Program-made: the position numbers and the translations under genes
Shown here: positions 19,686 through 29,400 of the stretch, piece by piece
How the letters are laid out: the number at the start of each line of letters is the position of its first letter
Numbering within the stretch: the first letter of the stretch is position 1
NCBI GenBank assembly: GCA_905214465.1
Contig: CAJMMD010000001.1
Coordinates: 487-64,486 of the forward strand
From: an uncultured bacterium
Lineage (GTDB): Bacteria; Actinomycetota; Coriobacteriia; Coriobacteriales; Coriobacteriaceae
Length of the DNA: 64,000 nucleotides
Direction of reading: 5' to 3'
Notes under the pieces: generated by a model
Databases searched by the model: none
What the model was told of the DNA's origin: nothing
The model's input: the letters and a program-made list of their open reading frames with translations, nothing else

Positions 19686-19840
19686 AGCCAACGCACCACC
19701 TTTCCCGTGTAGCCGCTTATGCCGCCGATATTCTTGACACTGCCGTACCCCAAACGCTTAAGAAAACTCACAGCTTGGTTGCTTCGCGCACCGCTCAGGC
19801 AATGCACGAAAAGCTGCGTGCCCTTTCGACGTATACCCAT
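19682..19840 (-). CDS. Rhodanese half-domain ORF (52 codons; C-terminal active-site half only)
   Basis: MGIRRKGTQLFVHCLSGARSNQAVSFLKRLGYGSVKNIGGISGYTGKVVRWL. Its stop overlaps the CoADR ATG (ATGA). The N-terminal rhodanese half is absent. May be a remnant. Confidence 0.4.
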   Translation of the reverse strand: MGIRRKGTQLFVHCLSGARSNQAVSFLKRLGYGSVKNIGGISGYTGKVVRWL

Positions 19841-19911
19841 GATGCTACCCCGAAGCAGAAAAAAGAGTCGCTGTTTCCAGCGACTCCCCTTCAGTTGTCT
19901 GTCCCACGGAC

Positions 19912-20874
19912 TTACTGTTCGCTCTTCGCGAGTGCCTGATCGATCAGTTTGTTGAGCGCCTCGCGCTGCTCAGCGGAGTTGATGCCGCCCATGATCGGCT
20001 CTCCCACAATGTTACCGTTCTGGTCGATCACGTAGGTGGTCGGGAACGAGTACAGGTTGGAGGTGAACTTTCCGGCCTCGCTGTCCGACTTAAACCAGAT
20101 GTTCTTATACGTCACGCCCTTCTTGGAAAGCACGTCCTTGGCATCAGCCACCTCGTCTTTGTTGCCATCGAGCGTAAAGGAATTAACGCCCACGACCTGG
20201 CCGCCCTTCTCGGCAAGCTCCTTGTTGAGCTTCTCCAGATCGCCCAGCTCTCCCACGCACGGCTTGCAGGTGGTAAACCAGAAGTTCATGACGGTGACCT
20301 TGTTCTTGGAGAACAGCTCGTCGCTGTTTACATCGTTGCCGTCCAAGTCCTTGCCCTTAAAGCTGGGGAACTTCGTCTCCCCGCTCTCGCCGTTGGTCAT
20401 GCCTGCGGTCGAGGCATCAACACTCTCCCCCTCGCCGGGCGTGCTGCCACATCCGGGGAACTCCTTCTCCAGCGCCATGAGCTTGTCCTCGATCTCCTTG
20501 ACCTGCTGCGCGCCGGCCTTAAGCGTCTTAAGCTCGTCAGCCGCAAACTGATCCTTGGCGCCCTCGATGGTATCGAGCAAGAAGTCACCGTAGTTCTTGC
20601 CGTCCTCAATCATGGGAGTGTCTTTGTTGGCCGCAAGGAACACCTTTTCCCATAGGGCGTTATCGCTCGCAAAGATCTCGTTTTCCTTTTGCAGCAGCTG
20701 CTGGTACAGCTTGGCCGCCTCCTCGGCGCTCGACGGCTTTTGTGCCACAAGCTCGGCAATCTGCGCATCGCCGCTCGTGGCGTCCTTCGCGTCGCCCTTG
20801 GGGGCAGAGCACGCCGCGAGAGTCAGCGCCAGCACGGGCAGCATCAACAAGGCCGCAATTTTTGACAGTTTCAT
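19912..20874 (-). CDS. Thiol-disulfide oxidoreductase lipoprotein (TlpA/ResA-like thioredoxin fold)
   Basis: Lipobox LTLAAC, thioredoxin motif WFTTCKPC, 320 aa. Confidence 0.8.
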   Translation of the reverse strand: MKLSKIAALLMLPVLALTLAACSAPKGDAKDATSGDAQIAELVAQKPSSAEEAAKLYQQLLQKENEIFASDNALWEKVFLAANKDTPMIEDGKNYGDFLLDTIEGAKDQFAADELKTLKAGAQQVKEIEDKLMALEKEFPGCGSTPGEGESVDASTAGMTNGESGETKFPSFKGKDLDGNDVNSDELFSKNKVTVMNFWFTTCKPCVGELGDLEKLNKELAEKGGQVVGVNSFTLDGNKDEVADAKDVLSKKGVTYKNIWFKSDSEAGKFTSNLYSFPTTYVIDQNGNIVGEPIMGGINSAEQREALNKLIDQALAKSEQ

Positions 20875-20909
20875 GGTTCCTCCGTTTATATCGAAACTTA
20901 TATAGGTAC

Positions 20910-21899
20910 CTATTTGTTTTCGCAGGCCTGCGTGGACTGCGCGGTCTTGTCGCCCGTCACACCCAGCCCATAGCGAAAGCTAATAGCATCGACGGGGCAC
21001 GCGCCCACGCATTTGCCGCAACGAATGCACTCGGCATGGTTGGGCGTACGCGTAACGTCCACGTCCATCTGGCACACCTTGGCGCACTTGCCGCACGAGA
21101 CGCATTTACAATGATCGACCTGAATCCCCAGCAACGACACCTTGTTCATGAGTGCATAAAAAGCGCCGAGGGGGCAAATCCATTTACAGAAGGGGCGGTA
21201 GAACAGCACGCTCAGAACCGTAACCGCAATGAGGATCGCGAGCTTCCAGGTAAAGAGCTTTCCCAGCGCGGAGCGGATTCCCACGTTCATGATGGACAGC
21301 GGAATCGCGCCCTCGAGCACGCCCTGCGGACAGATGTACTTGCAAAAGAACGGGTCGCCCATGCCCACATCGTTTACCACCAAGACGGGCAGCAGCACCA
21401 CGGCAAACAGCAGCACGGCATACTTGATGTACGTGAGCGGCTTGAGCTTTTTCGTGGAGAGCTTTTTGCTGGGAATCTTATGCAAAAGCTCTTGCAGCCA
21501 TCCAAACGGGCACAAAAAGCCGCATACAAAACGTCCCAGCAGCACGCCGATTAGAATGAGCGTTCCGGTGACGTAATACGAAAAGCTAAACTTAGACGAG
21601 CCCACCACCGACTGAAACGACCCGATGGGACACGCGCCCGAGGCCGCCGGACACGAGTAGCAGTTGAGCCCCGGCACGCAGACGGCTTTGCCCGCCCCCT
21701 GGTAGATGCCTCCCTTGGCAAAGTTGGGCAGGTGAATATTGGTCGCAAGCGTCGCCGCCGCTTGAATCAATCCACGAAATCGCGCTAAAAGATGCGATGC
21801 AGTGTTTTTTCTTTTATCCAATTCCGATACACTCCAAGCACAGCCTGATTGCCTTGGCCAGCACGGCATCTGCCTCGCCGCGCATAATTCCAAAGCCAA
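20910..21899 (-). CDS. Membrane 4Fe-4S binding protein (NapH/MauN-like polyferredoxin)
   Basis: Several TM helices plus C-terminal CKCVSCGKCAKVC and CIRCGKCVGACP ferredoxin motifs. The true start may be internal. Confidence 0.7.
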   Translation of the reverse strand: MALELCAARQMPCWPRQSGCAWSVSELDKRKNTASHLLARFRGLIQAAATLATNIHLPNFAKGGIYQGAGKAVCVPGLNCYSCPAASGACPIGSFQSVVGSSKFSFSYYVTGTLILIGVLLGRFVCGFLCPFGWLQELLHKIPSKKLSTKKLKPLTYIKYAVLLFAVVLLPVLVVNDVGMGDPFFCKYICPQGVLEGAIPLSIMNVGIRSALGKLFTWKLAILIAVTVLSVLFYRPFCKWICPLGAFYALMNKVSLLGIQVDHCKCVSCGKCAKVCQMDVDVTRTPNHAECIRCGKCVGACPVDAISFRYGLGVTGDKTAQSTQACENK

Positions 21900-22049
21900 C
21901 CATGGCTACCCCAACGATCAGCAAAGCCACCTGCGTCACAGGCTTAATCGCTTTGAACAATCTGACCACTCCTTTCGTTTCGCGACCCATTGGACCATAC
22001 CGACTATAAAATCCGTGTTAAGCGTGAATGACTATGCAAGGAGAACGTT

Positions 22050-22724
22050 ATGCGCATCTTGGTCGTCGAGGACGAGCGGGCGCTGTGCGATGCGATCGCA
22101 CGCAGCCTGCGCAACTTGGCCTATAGCGTCGACTGCTGCTACGACGGGCAGCAGGCCCTCGATCTGCTCGATGTCGAGACCTTTGATCTTGTCGTGCTCG
22201 ACCTCAATCTCCCCCATGTCGACGGCATGACCGTGCTCAGGCAACTCAGGACAACTGATTGTGAGACCAAGGTGCTTGTGCTCTCGGCACGTGGCGAGGT
22301 CTCCGACAAGGTAGCGGGGCTCGATGCGGGCGCCAACGACTACCTCACCAAGCCGTTCCATCTTGACGAGCTGGCGGCACGTATACGCAGCCTCACGCTC
22401 AGGCGCTTTACGCAAAGCGACGTTGTCCTGACCTGTGGATCGCTGAGCTTTGACACCAAAGCGCGCCTCGCCTCCGTGGGCAGCGAGACCCTATCCCTCA
22501 CGCGCAAGGAGACCGGCATCTTGGAATACCTGATGCTTAACCAGGGGCGGCCGGTGAGCCAGGAAGAGCTTATCGAGCATGTATGGGACAGCAGCGTCAA
22601 CAGCTTTAGCAACGCGACCCGCGTGCACATCTCGTCGCTGCGCAAAAAGCTGCGCGGCGCGTTGGGGCACGACCCCATCCGCAACCGAATCGGCGAAGGC
22701 TACGTTATGGAGGACGGCAAATGA
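22050..22724 (+). CDS. OmpR-family response regulator
   Basis: REC domain (MRILVVEDE..DLVVLDLNLP) plus winged-helix C-terminus. Confidence 0.9.
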   Translation: MRILVVEDERALCDAIARSLRNLAYSVDCCYDGQQALDLLDVETFDLVVLDLNLPHVDGMTVLRQLRTTDCETKVLVLSARGEVSDKVAGLDAGANDYLTKPFHLDELAARIRSLTLRRFTQSDVVLTCGSLSFDTKARLASVGSETLSLTRKETGILEYLMLNQGRPVSQEELIEHVWDSSVNSFSNATRVHISSLRKKLRGALGHDPIRNRIGEGYVMEDGK

Positions 22725-23869
22725 AGCGGCTGTCTCTGCAGTGGCGCATCACGCTGATGACGGCACTGCTGATATGTTCAACCTGCGTACTTATGAATTG
22801 CCTGGTTGGCTACTCCGGCATGCGCTACATGGACTCGATCGGCAATGAACTATCGGCGCACAGCAAGGTGGAGGCGGCCTCGCCCAGCTCATTTGACCCG
22901 ACAAACAAAGAGCTCGACGACGAACTGACCATCGTCGTGAGCGACGCCCAAGAATCGTTTGGTGCGACGAGCTGGTACATAACCGCAGCGGTGACGCTAC
23001 TCGGTGGCGTGCTGGCCTACTTTGTAAGCGGGCGCGCGCTGCGACCGCTGCGCTTCTTTGCGACGCAAGTCGAGAGCGTGCGGCCCGACAACCTCGCCGA
23101 CACAAAGATTAGCGAGGACGTGCCCTCTGAACTCAGGCGCTGCAGCGCTTCGTTTAACGACATGATTGCCCGCCTTGACGAGGGATTTTCCGCACAAAGA
23201 CAGTTTACGGGCAATGCGGCGCACGAGCTGCGCACGCCGCTTGCGCTCATGCAGGCCCAGGTTGAGCTGTTTTGCGCCGAGCACCCCGACGTCGACGCCG
23301 ATACAGCGAGCCTGCTCGGGCTGCTGCAGGAGCAGACCGAGCGAATGACGCACATGACAAAGACCCTGCTCGAGATGAGCGAGCTGCGCAGTGTCCCTTG
23401 CAACGATGTGATTGACCTAGCGCCGATGATCGAAGAAGTGCTCACGGACCTGGCACCCCTTGCCGAGCAAAAAGACATCACGCTTACAAGTGAGGGCGAC
23501 GCGCAAACGATCGGCAGCGACACGCTGATCTATCGGTTGCTGTTCAACTTGACCGAAAACGCCATACGCTATAGCGCGCCCAACTCGACCGTGCAAATCA
23601 GCGCCTGCGCCGAAGGCGACCGCGTGCTGCTACGCGTGCGCGACCAGGGACCGGGCATTCCCGAGCAATACCAGACGAGCATCTTTCAGCCCTTCTTTCG
23701 CGTCGACAAATCGCGCAGCAGGGCATATGGCGGCGTGGGGCTGGGGCTTGCACTGGTCTGGGAGATTGCCGCACTCCACGGCGGCTCCATCGAGGTCGAA
23801 GAGAGCTCGGAGCGCGGAACGACCATGCTCGTGACTCTTCCCACTCGCGCACTCGGCTCATTAAAATAA
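22721..23869 (+). CDS. Sensor histidine kinase
   Basis: Two TM segments, H-box HELRTPLALM, and ATPase G-boxes (GGVGLGLALV). A 4-bp overlap with the regulator indicates an operon. Confidence 0.85.
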   Translation: MKRLSLQWRITLMTALLICSTCVLMNCLVGYSGMRYMDSIGNELSAHSKVEAASPSSFDPTNKELDDELTIVVSDAQESFGATSWYITAAVTLLGGVLAYFVSGRALRPLRFFATQVESVRPDNLADTKISEDVPSELRRCSASFNDMIARLDEGFSAQRQFTGNAAHELRTPLALMQAQVELFCAEHPDVDADTASLLGLLQEQTERMTHMTKTLLEMSELRSVPCNDVIDLAPMIEEVLTDLAPLAEQKDITLTSEGDAQTIGSDTLIYRLLFNLTENAIRYSAPNSTVQISACAEGDRVLLRVRDQGPGIPEQYQTSIFQPFFRVDKSRSRAYGGVGLGLALVWEIAALHGGSIEVEESSERGTTMLVTLPTRALGSLK

Positions 23870-23951
23870 CGAACGGGATGGCACGCCGCGTGGCGTACCA
23901 TCCCGCACATAATATCGAGGATGTGACAAAGGGACTGTCCCTTTGTCACAT
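23869..23951. repeat. Extended ~100-bp repeat element plus perfect 31-bp palindrome, site 4
   Basis: Lies between the convergent histidine kinase (+) and GMP-synthase paralog (-). Perfect atgtgacaaagggactgtccctttgtcacat. Confidence 0.7.
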
Positions 23952-23985
23952 CTGCTAGTTCTCGTCGCCTACCAGCTGAGTTAGC

Positions 23986-24966
23986 TTACTCCCACTCCAC
24001 CGTGCCGACGGGCTTCGGCGTGAGGTCGTAGCACACTCGGCAGATGCCGGGGACCTCGGCGGTCACGCGAGCGGTAATGCGCTTGAGCAGCGCCCAGTCG
24101 AGCTCAGGCACCTCGGCGGTCATGACGTCGACGGTGTTGATGCAGCGAATAATGCAGGGCCAGTCGTAGGCGCGCTTGCCCTCGCGCACACCGGTAGCGC
24201 GGAAATCGGGCACTACGGCAAAGTACTGCCAGATGGTCAGGCCGGCCTTGTCGATCTCTTCGCGCACGATGGCATCGGCCTCGCGCAGCGCCTCGAGACG
24301 GTCACGGGTGATGGCGCCAAGGCAGCGGACGCCCAGGCCAGGACCGGGGAACGGCTGACGCTCAACCATGTTCTCGGGCAGGCCGAGCTCGCGGCCCACG
24401 ACGCGCACCTCGTCCTTGTACAGCAGCTTAACGGGCTCGCAGAGCTCAAATTGCAGATCCTCGGGCAGACCGCCAACGTTATGGTGAGCCTTCACGCCGT
24501 CCTGCGACTCCAGAATGTCGGGGTAGATAGTGCCCTGGGCGAGGAAGCTGACCTCATCGCCCACCTTTCGGGCCTCTTCCTCGAACACGCGGATAAACTC
24601 GGCGCCGATAATCTTGCGCTTGGCCTCGGGCTCGTCGACGTCGACGAGCTTATCGAGGAAGCGGTCGGTAGCGTCCACGTAAACCAGGTTGGCGTCCATC
24701 TGGTTCTGGAACACGTCGACGACCTGCTCGCTCTCGCCCTTGCGCATCAGGCCGTGGTTCACATGCACGCAGATGAGCTGCTTGCCGATGGCCTTGATGA
24801 GCAGCGCCGCGACGACCGAGCTGTCAACGCCGCCAGAAAGGGCAAGCAGGACCTTCTTGTTGCCGATCTGCTCACGGATTGCAGCAACCTGCTCTTCGAT
24901 GAACGCCTGAGCGAGTTCGGGAGTGGTGATACGCACCATGTCGTCGGGACGCTTGTTGGGATCCAT
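23986..24966 (-). CDS. GMP synthase-like ATP pyrophosphatase (PP-loop plus dimerisation domains only; no glutamine amidotransferase domain)
   Basis: 326 aa with PP-loop [17 protein letters not shown] and C-terminal ...[17 protein letters not shown]. It is a paralog of the C-terminal two-thirds of guaA at 54418-56016. Confidence 0.8.
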   Translation of the reverse strand: MDPNKRPDDMVRITTPELAQAFIEEQVAAIREQIGNKKVLLALSGGVDSSVVAALLIKAIGKQLICVHVNHGLMRKGESEQVVDVFQNQMDANLVYVDATDRFLDKLVDVDEPEAKRKIIGAEFIRVFEEEARKVGDEVSFLAQGTIYPDILESQDGVKAHHNVGGLPEDLQFELCEPVKLLYKDEVRVVGRELGLPENMVERQPFPGPGLGVRCLGAITRDRLEALREADAIVREEIDKAGLTIWQYFAVVPDFRATGVREGKRAYDWPCIIRCINTVDVMTAEVPELDWALLKRITARVTAEVPGICRVCYDLTPKPVGTVEWE

Positions 24967-25236
24967 GCAGAGCTCCTTTTTGGTTCGATGGAAATGCGCC
25001 GCACGTATGCAGACGCACCGTCATATGACCTCATTATATGCAGAGCGAGGTTCGTTTCCCATCGCTGCGACGGAGCTTTTTGCAGGGGCGGCAGTTTTTC
25101 CTTATGCCAAGGTTAGCTCTACCTCGACAACGACCTTAAGAGCATCGCCAATAGACTCTTCCATTATTCGTTCGGCATAATCGTAGGCGATAACCACAAA
25201 TTCCAGTCCCGAGCAACAGGGGTAAAATGGCTGCTA

Positions 25237-26268
25237 ATGTTGCCAGCTGTTGGGAGATGGAAGATGGACTGCGATGGCTACCCGCGCATTCCCATGCCGT
25301 TGATGTGCACTGCCTTTGTGCCGGGGCAGATTGACGCTGCGGTTGCAGGCATTTCCGGCCCCGATTCACGCACCATCGCCACGGCGGAAGCGCTGTACTT
25401 TCGCGGACAGGCCACACTCGCCGCCGAGACAGCACGCCCCTATCTTGACGCCACCGACCCCGCACTGCGCTATTCCGCATGCCTTATCTGCGGATATGCC
25501 AGTCTGTCGCTCAACCGTATCGCCGATGCCCGTCGTTGCCTTGCGGGCATCCTCGATACGCCAACTGACGAGGAATCGTCTGCCGTCCACGCCACGCATA
25601 TCCTGTTCGCCTCCGCCGCGAGCGTCCTGTTGCACTTGCCTTCCCCGTATTCTGCCGAAGAGTTTTATCCGCTTGCGGCACATCTGCCCGAAGGCCTGCG
25701 CCTGTTCGCCAGCTACGTGATGACGCATGCCCTGTACCTGCGCGGCGAATATGGCCGCAGTCTAGGCATGGCGGAAAACGCCCTGATCATGAAACAGGGA
25801 AGTTATCCCATCTCGGAGCTGTTCCTGCACCTGTCGGCTTCCATGGCCTGCATGAGTCTCAAAGACGTCGACGCTGCAAAGGCACACTTCGGAGCCGCTT
25901 GGGACATTGCGCGTCCCGACGGCCTTATCGAGCTCATTGGCGAGCACCACGGCCTTTTGCAGGGGCTTATCGAGGCATGCTTAAAATCGCAATACCCCGA
26001 CGATTTCGCTCGCATCATCGAGATCACGTATCGATTCAGCTACGGCTGGCGGCGCATCCACAACCCCGATTCGGGCGAGGACGTGGCCGACGATCTAACG
26101 ACCACGGAGTTCACCATGGCCATGCTCGCCTGCCGTGGGTGGACCAACGCCGAAATCGCACGCCATATGGGAGTATCGCCGGGCACCGTCAAAAACCGCC
26201 TATCAGGAGTGTATGCCAAGCTTGGTATCGGAACTCGCGCCGAGCTGGTCGCGCATATGTTGCGCTAG
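25237..26268 (+). CDS. LuxR-family transcriptional regulator (C-terminal HTH)
   Basis: C-terminal LACRGWTNAEIARHMGVSPGTVKNRLSGVYAKLGIGTRAEL. The N-terminal ~250 aa is of unknown type. The exact start is uncertain. Confidence 0.7.
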   Translation: MLPAVGRWKMDCDGYPRIPMPLMCTAFVPGQIDAAVAGISGPDSRTIATAEALYFRGQATLAAETARPYLDATDPALRYSACLICGYASLSLNRIADARRCLAGILDTPTDEESSAVHATHILFASAASVLLHLPSPYSAEEFYPLAAHLPEGLRLFASYVMTHALYLRGEYGRSLGMAENALIMKQGSYPISELFLHLSASMACMSLKDVDAAKAHFGAAWDIARPDGLIELIGEHHGLLQGLIEACLKSQYPDDFARIIEITYRFSYGWRRIHNPDSGEDVADDLTTTEFTMAMLACRGWTNAEIARHMGVSPGTVKNRLSGVYAKLGIGTRAELVAHMLR

Positions 26269-26424
26269 CGGCCAGACTGCCCGGCATATCGAAAGCGCTC
26301 CGGGGCCTGACGCTTTCGCGCGCTCAAATTGGACACTTTGACCCTTGAACGGCACTACCGCCACGGGGCACCTTCTTGCAAAATTGGATTATTTCCACCG
26401 ATACCTGCGGGATGGGAGCCCAAA

Positions 26425-29400
26425 ATGTTTGATCGCCGTTCGTTACTTATCGCCGGAGCATCCTCGCTGGCAGGCATCATGCTGCCTCGCGTGCCGGGCA
26501 GCGCAAACGCCTTCATATTGCCGTTCGCGCCCACCGAAGCCTATGCCGACGAAAAAGACCCCTTCAGGGTGCTCGTTCTCTCGCGCACCATGTTTGGTGT
26601 GGTCGTGGTCGACGTCGCCAACAAGAATACGCCTATCGCAGGCGCCAAGGTCACGCTCACGTCGCGCTACGCCGCAGGCAAGCAGCTCACCGCCACTACC
26701 GACGAGGAAGGCACGGCCATCTTTGAGGTCGCGCCGCTTTCGGAAGGCTACGTGGACGAGGCAACGCTTCTCGACGCGTACGACTTTAACGGCGGCATCT
26801 CCATTAGCATGGCGGGCTATCGCGATGTCGAGATTCCCCTCGCGCGCGTCCAAGGCGGCACCGCCATTACCGCACCCACACGTCCGCTCTCCGATGGCGA
26901 GCCGTACTTTCGACAGCTCACGTTTGACGAATGGGACATCCAGTACGCCGACGCCACGTTTATGGCAATGCCAGCGGACGAAGCAGCAAACGACCAACCC
27001 GACACGCACGCCTTTACTGTGCAGGCACATCTGCCACAGGGTGGACAGGCAACGCTGCACATCAACAAGGTAATGCCTGCCGCGGGCAGCTCACCCGAAA
27101 CCGTCACGCAGATCGGTCAGATCAAGGCCAGCGCATCGGGCGCGGATAATCTGGCGACGTTCACACTCGAAGACAAGTTTCTCGACGCGGCATCGGGCCT
27201 TCTGGAAGAAGGGTGCAAACTGCGTTTTGCCCTCGACTATCAGGGCAAAACCTACACGCTTTCATCCCCTATGGCCGTTGTCACCGCGCCGGCCGCAAAG
27301 GCGGAATCGGGCTCGACCACCATCATTCCCACCACCATGGACCAAGAGATCACTCCGTTTGATTTCCCGGCGGCGTTTCCCGGCATCGGCGGCAACAAGT
27401 TCACCTGCTGGATGCCCACATTTCCGATCCTCTTCGATTTCTCGTTTGCTGGATACGTGCTGTTTGGCGGAGGATACAAACCAGCCAGCTATATGAACGA
27501 TTCGGGCAATCCGGATCCGGAGTACTGGAAGAAATCGCCGCGCGAGTCGGGCGCCAAGCAGGCAAACCGCTACCTCGACGAGATGGAGGGGAAGTGGAAT
27601 CAGTACAAGAGTATGAGTGCCGGTTCGGGAACCGACCCAAGAAACACCAAGCTCCTTCGCCACCATTGCACGCCGCTGTTTACGATGGATATCGCCACAC
27701 AGCTGTACGGATCGCTCGCCTACGATTGGGTGGGCAAAACCTGGGGTAACAACAACGACCCCGCATACGGCAATATTAAGGCCCTCTTCCAGGTAAGAAC
27801 CGATCTCAATTGGACCGAGCAGTTTACCCTAGGACCGGTGCCGTTTTTCCTAAACGTCAACCCCTGGGTGCTGGCAAAACTAGCGCTCGCCGTGGGCGCC
27901 CACACACACGGTAGCGGCGCAGCGTTTTTTAAAAACATTTCGCTCGATTGGTCAAATACATCAGGCTCGTTCACCATCCAGATTGGGCTTGCCGTTACCT
28001 TTGGAGCCGGCGTTGCGGGCGTCGCCTCGTCTGCCGTGCGTGGCGCCGCATCCCTCACGCTGTTCATTGGGTATGAGAAGGCAGATGGACACCAGCTTCC
28101 GCGACTGCGCGTAGGTGCAGACGTCGATGTCGATGTGATACTCCAGTTCGTCATGTTCAAGTGGACCACCAAGGCTTGGTCGGGGTCGTGGCCCACACTC
28201 CTCGATTCGTGGAATATGTCGGCGAACAACAGCGACCAGTATGTACTCCAGCGCTCTGAGCTGGCCTTGGGTGGAGATACGCCTTATACGCTGAACGCCT
28301 GCTTCGGCTCGGGCGGCAACGCCGAGGCAGGTGGTGTGCCGCAATTTATCGCATCGGCCACCATCGTCACCAACGCCGAGCTGCTCGCACGCGCCGAGGT
28401 TAAGGCCACTGCCGCAAACGTCGCGCCTGTCGTGCGCGATTGGGATCAAGCGGTCACGCGCATTGAGCTCGAGGCGGATGCAGAAAGCGATGACACGGGA
28501 CAGATCGAGCATTTCGTCCATGCACTGGTAGAGAACGACGAAAACGCCGCGCCGATGTATGAGTACACCTATATCGGGCAGGCAACGAACGCCGTTGCGG
28601 ACCCCAACGCCAATTCTGCCGGCGTGTCGGAGGACGAGCGTGGCGGCATAAAACCCTCGAGCGACAACGTGCTGTTTTCCGGCGTGCTCAGCGAAGCCCA
28701 CATGAAGCTGGCAATGATTGCCGGCGTAGAATGCCTGTTCCGTATCGCCTCGGTGTGCTACGGCGACAATGGCCGCTCGCGCCTGGTGGTGCACACAAGG
28801 GCAAACGGCACGTGGTCCGCCCCCACGCCCGTGGACTTCCCCCTTGGGTTTGGCGAGGGCGACGTGGAGCGCAACGGCATATACGATTACGACTTCGACG
28901 TGGTGGAATATACGGACGGGAGGGGAAACCAGGACGCCTACGTGCTGCTGGTCTCGGGCGAGCGCCCCGACGGCGACAACACCCTTTTCGATACGGCAAG
29001 CACAGCCGGCATACTGTCCGTCGTGCGCCTGCGCATAAGTAATGACGAGACCCGCGTGGTGTCGCATACGTCATGGCGCAGCATCTCGCGCGGCCGCCTG
29101 CAAGAGGATGGCTACCATTGCCTGCAGTGCCCACGTATCACGGTGGGCAAGACGCTGGTCGACGGGCGCCTGTCGGGTGCCTACCTCCACCGCCGCGGAA
29201 CCACCGCAGAAAAGGCGCTCGGCAGCGAGGCTGAGGTTGCGCTGGAGTGCTTTACCCTGTGGTCGGACGTTTCGGGCGACAGCCTGACGTTCCGCCAAGT
29301 TCTCCGCTTTCCGCAAGCACCGTCGAGTATCGAGCTGGGCGAGCCCGAGAATATCAACGGCAAAATGGTGGTGCCCGTTACGTACGAGACCGCAAACGGT

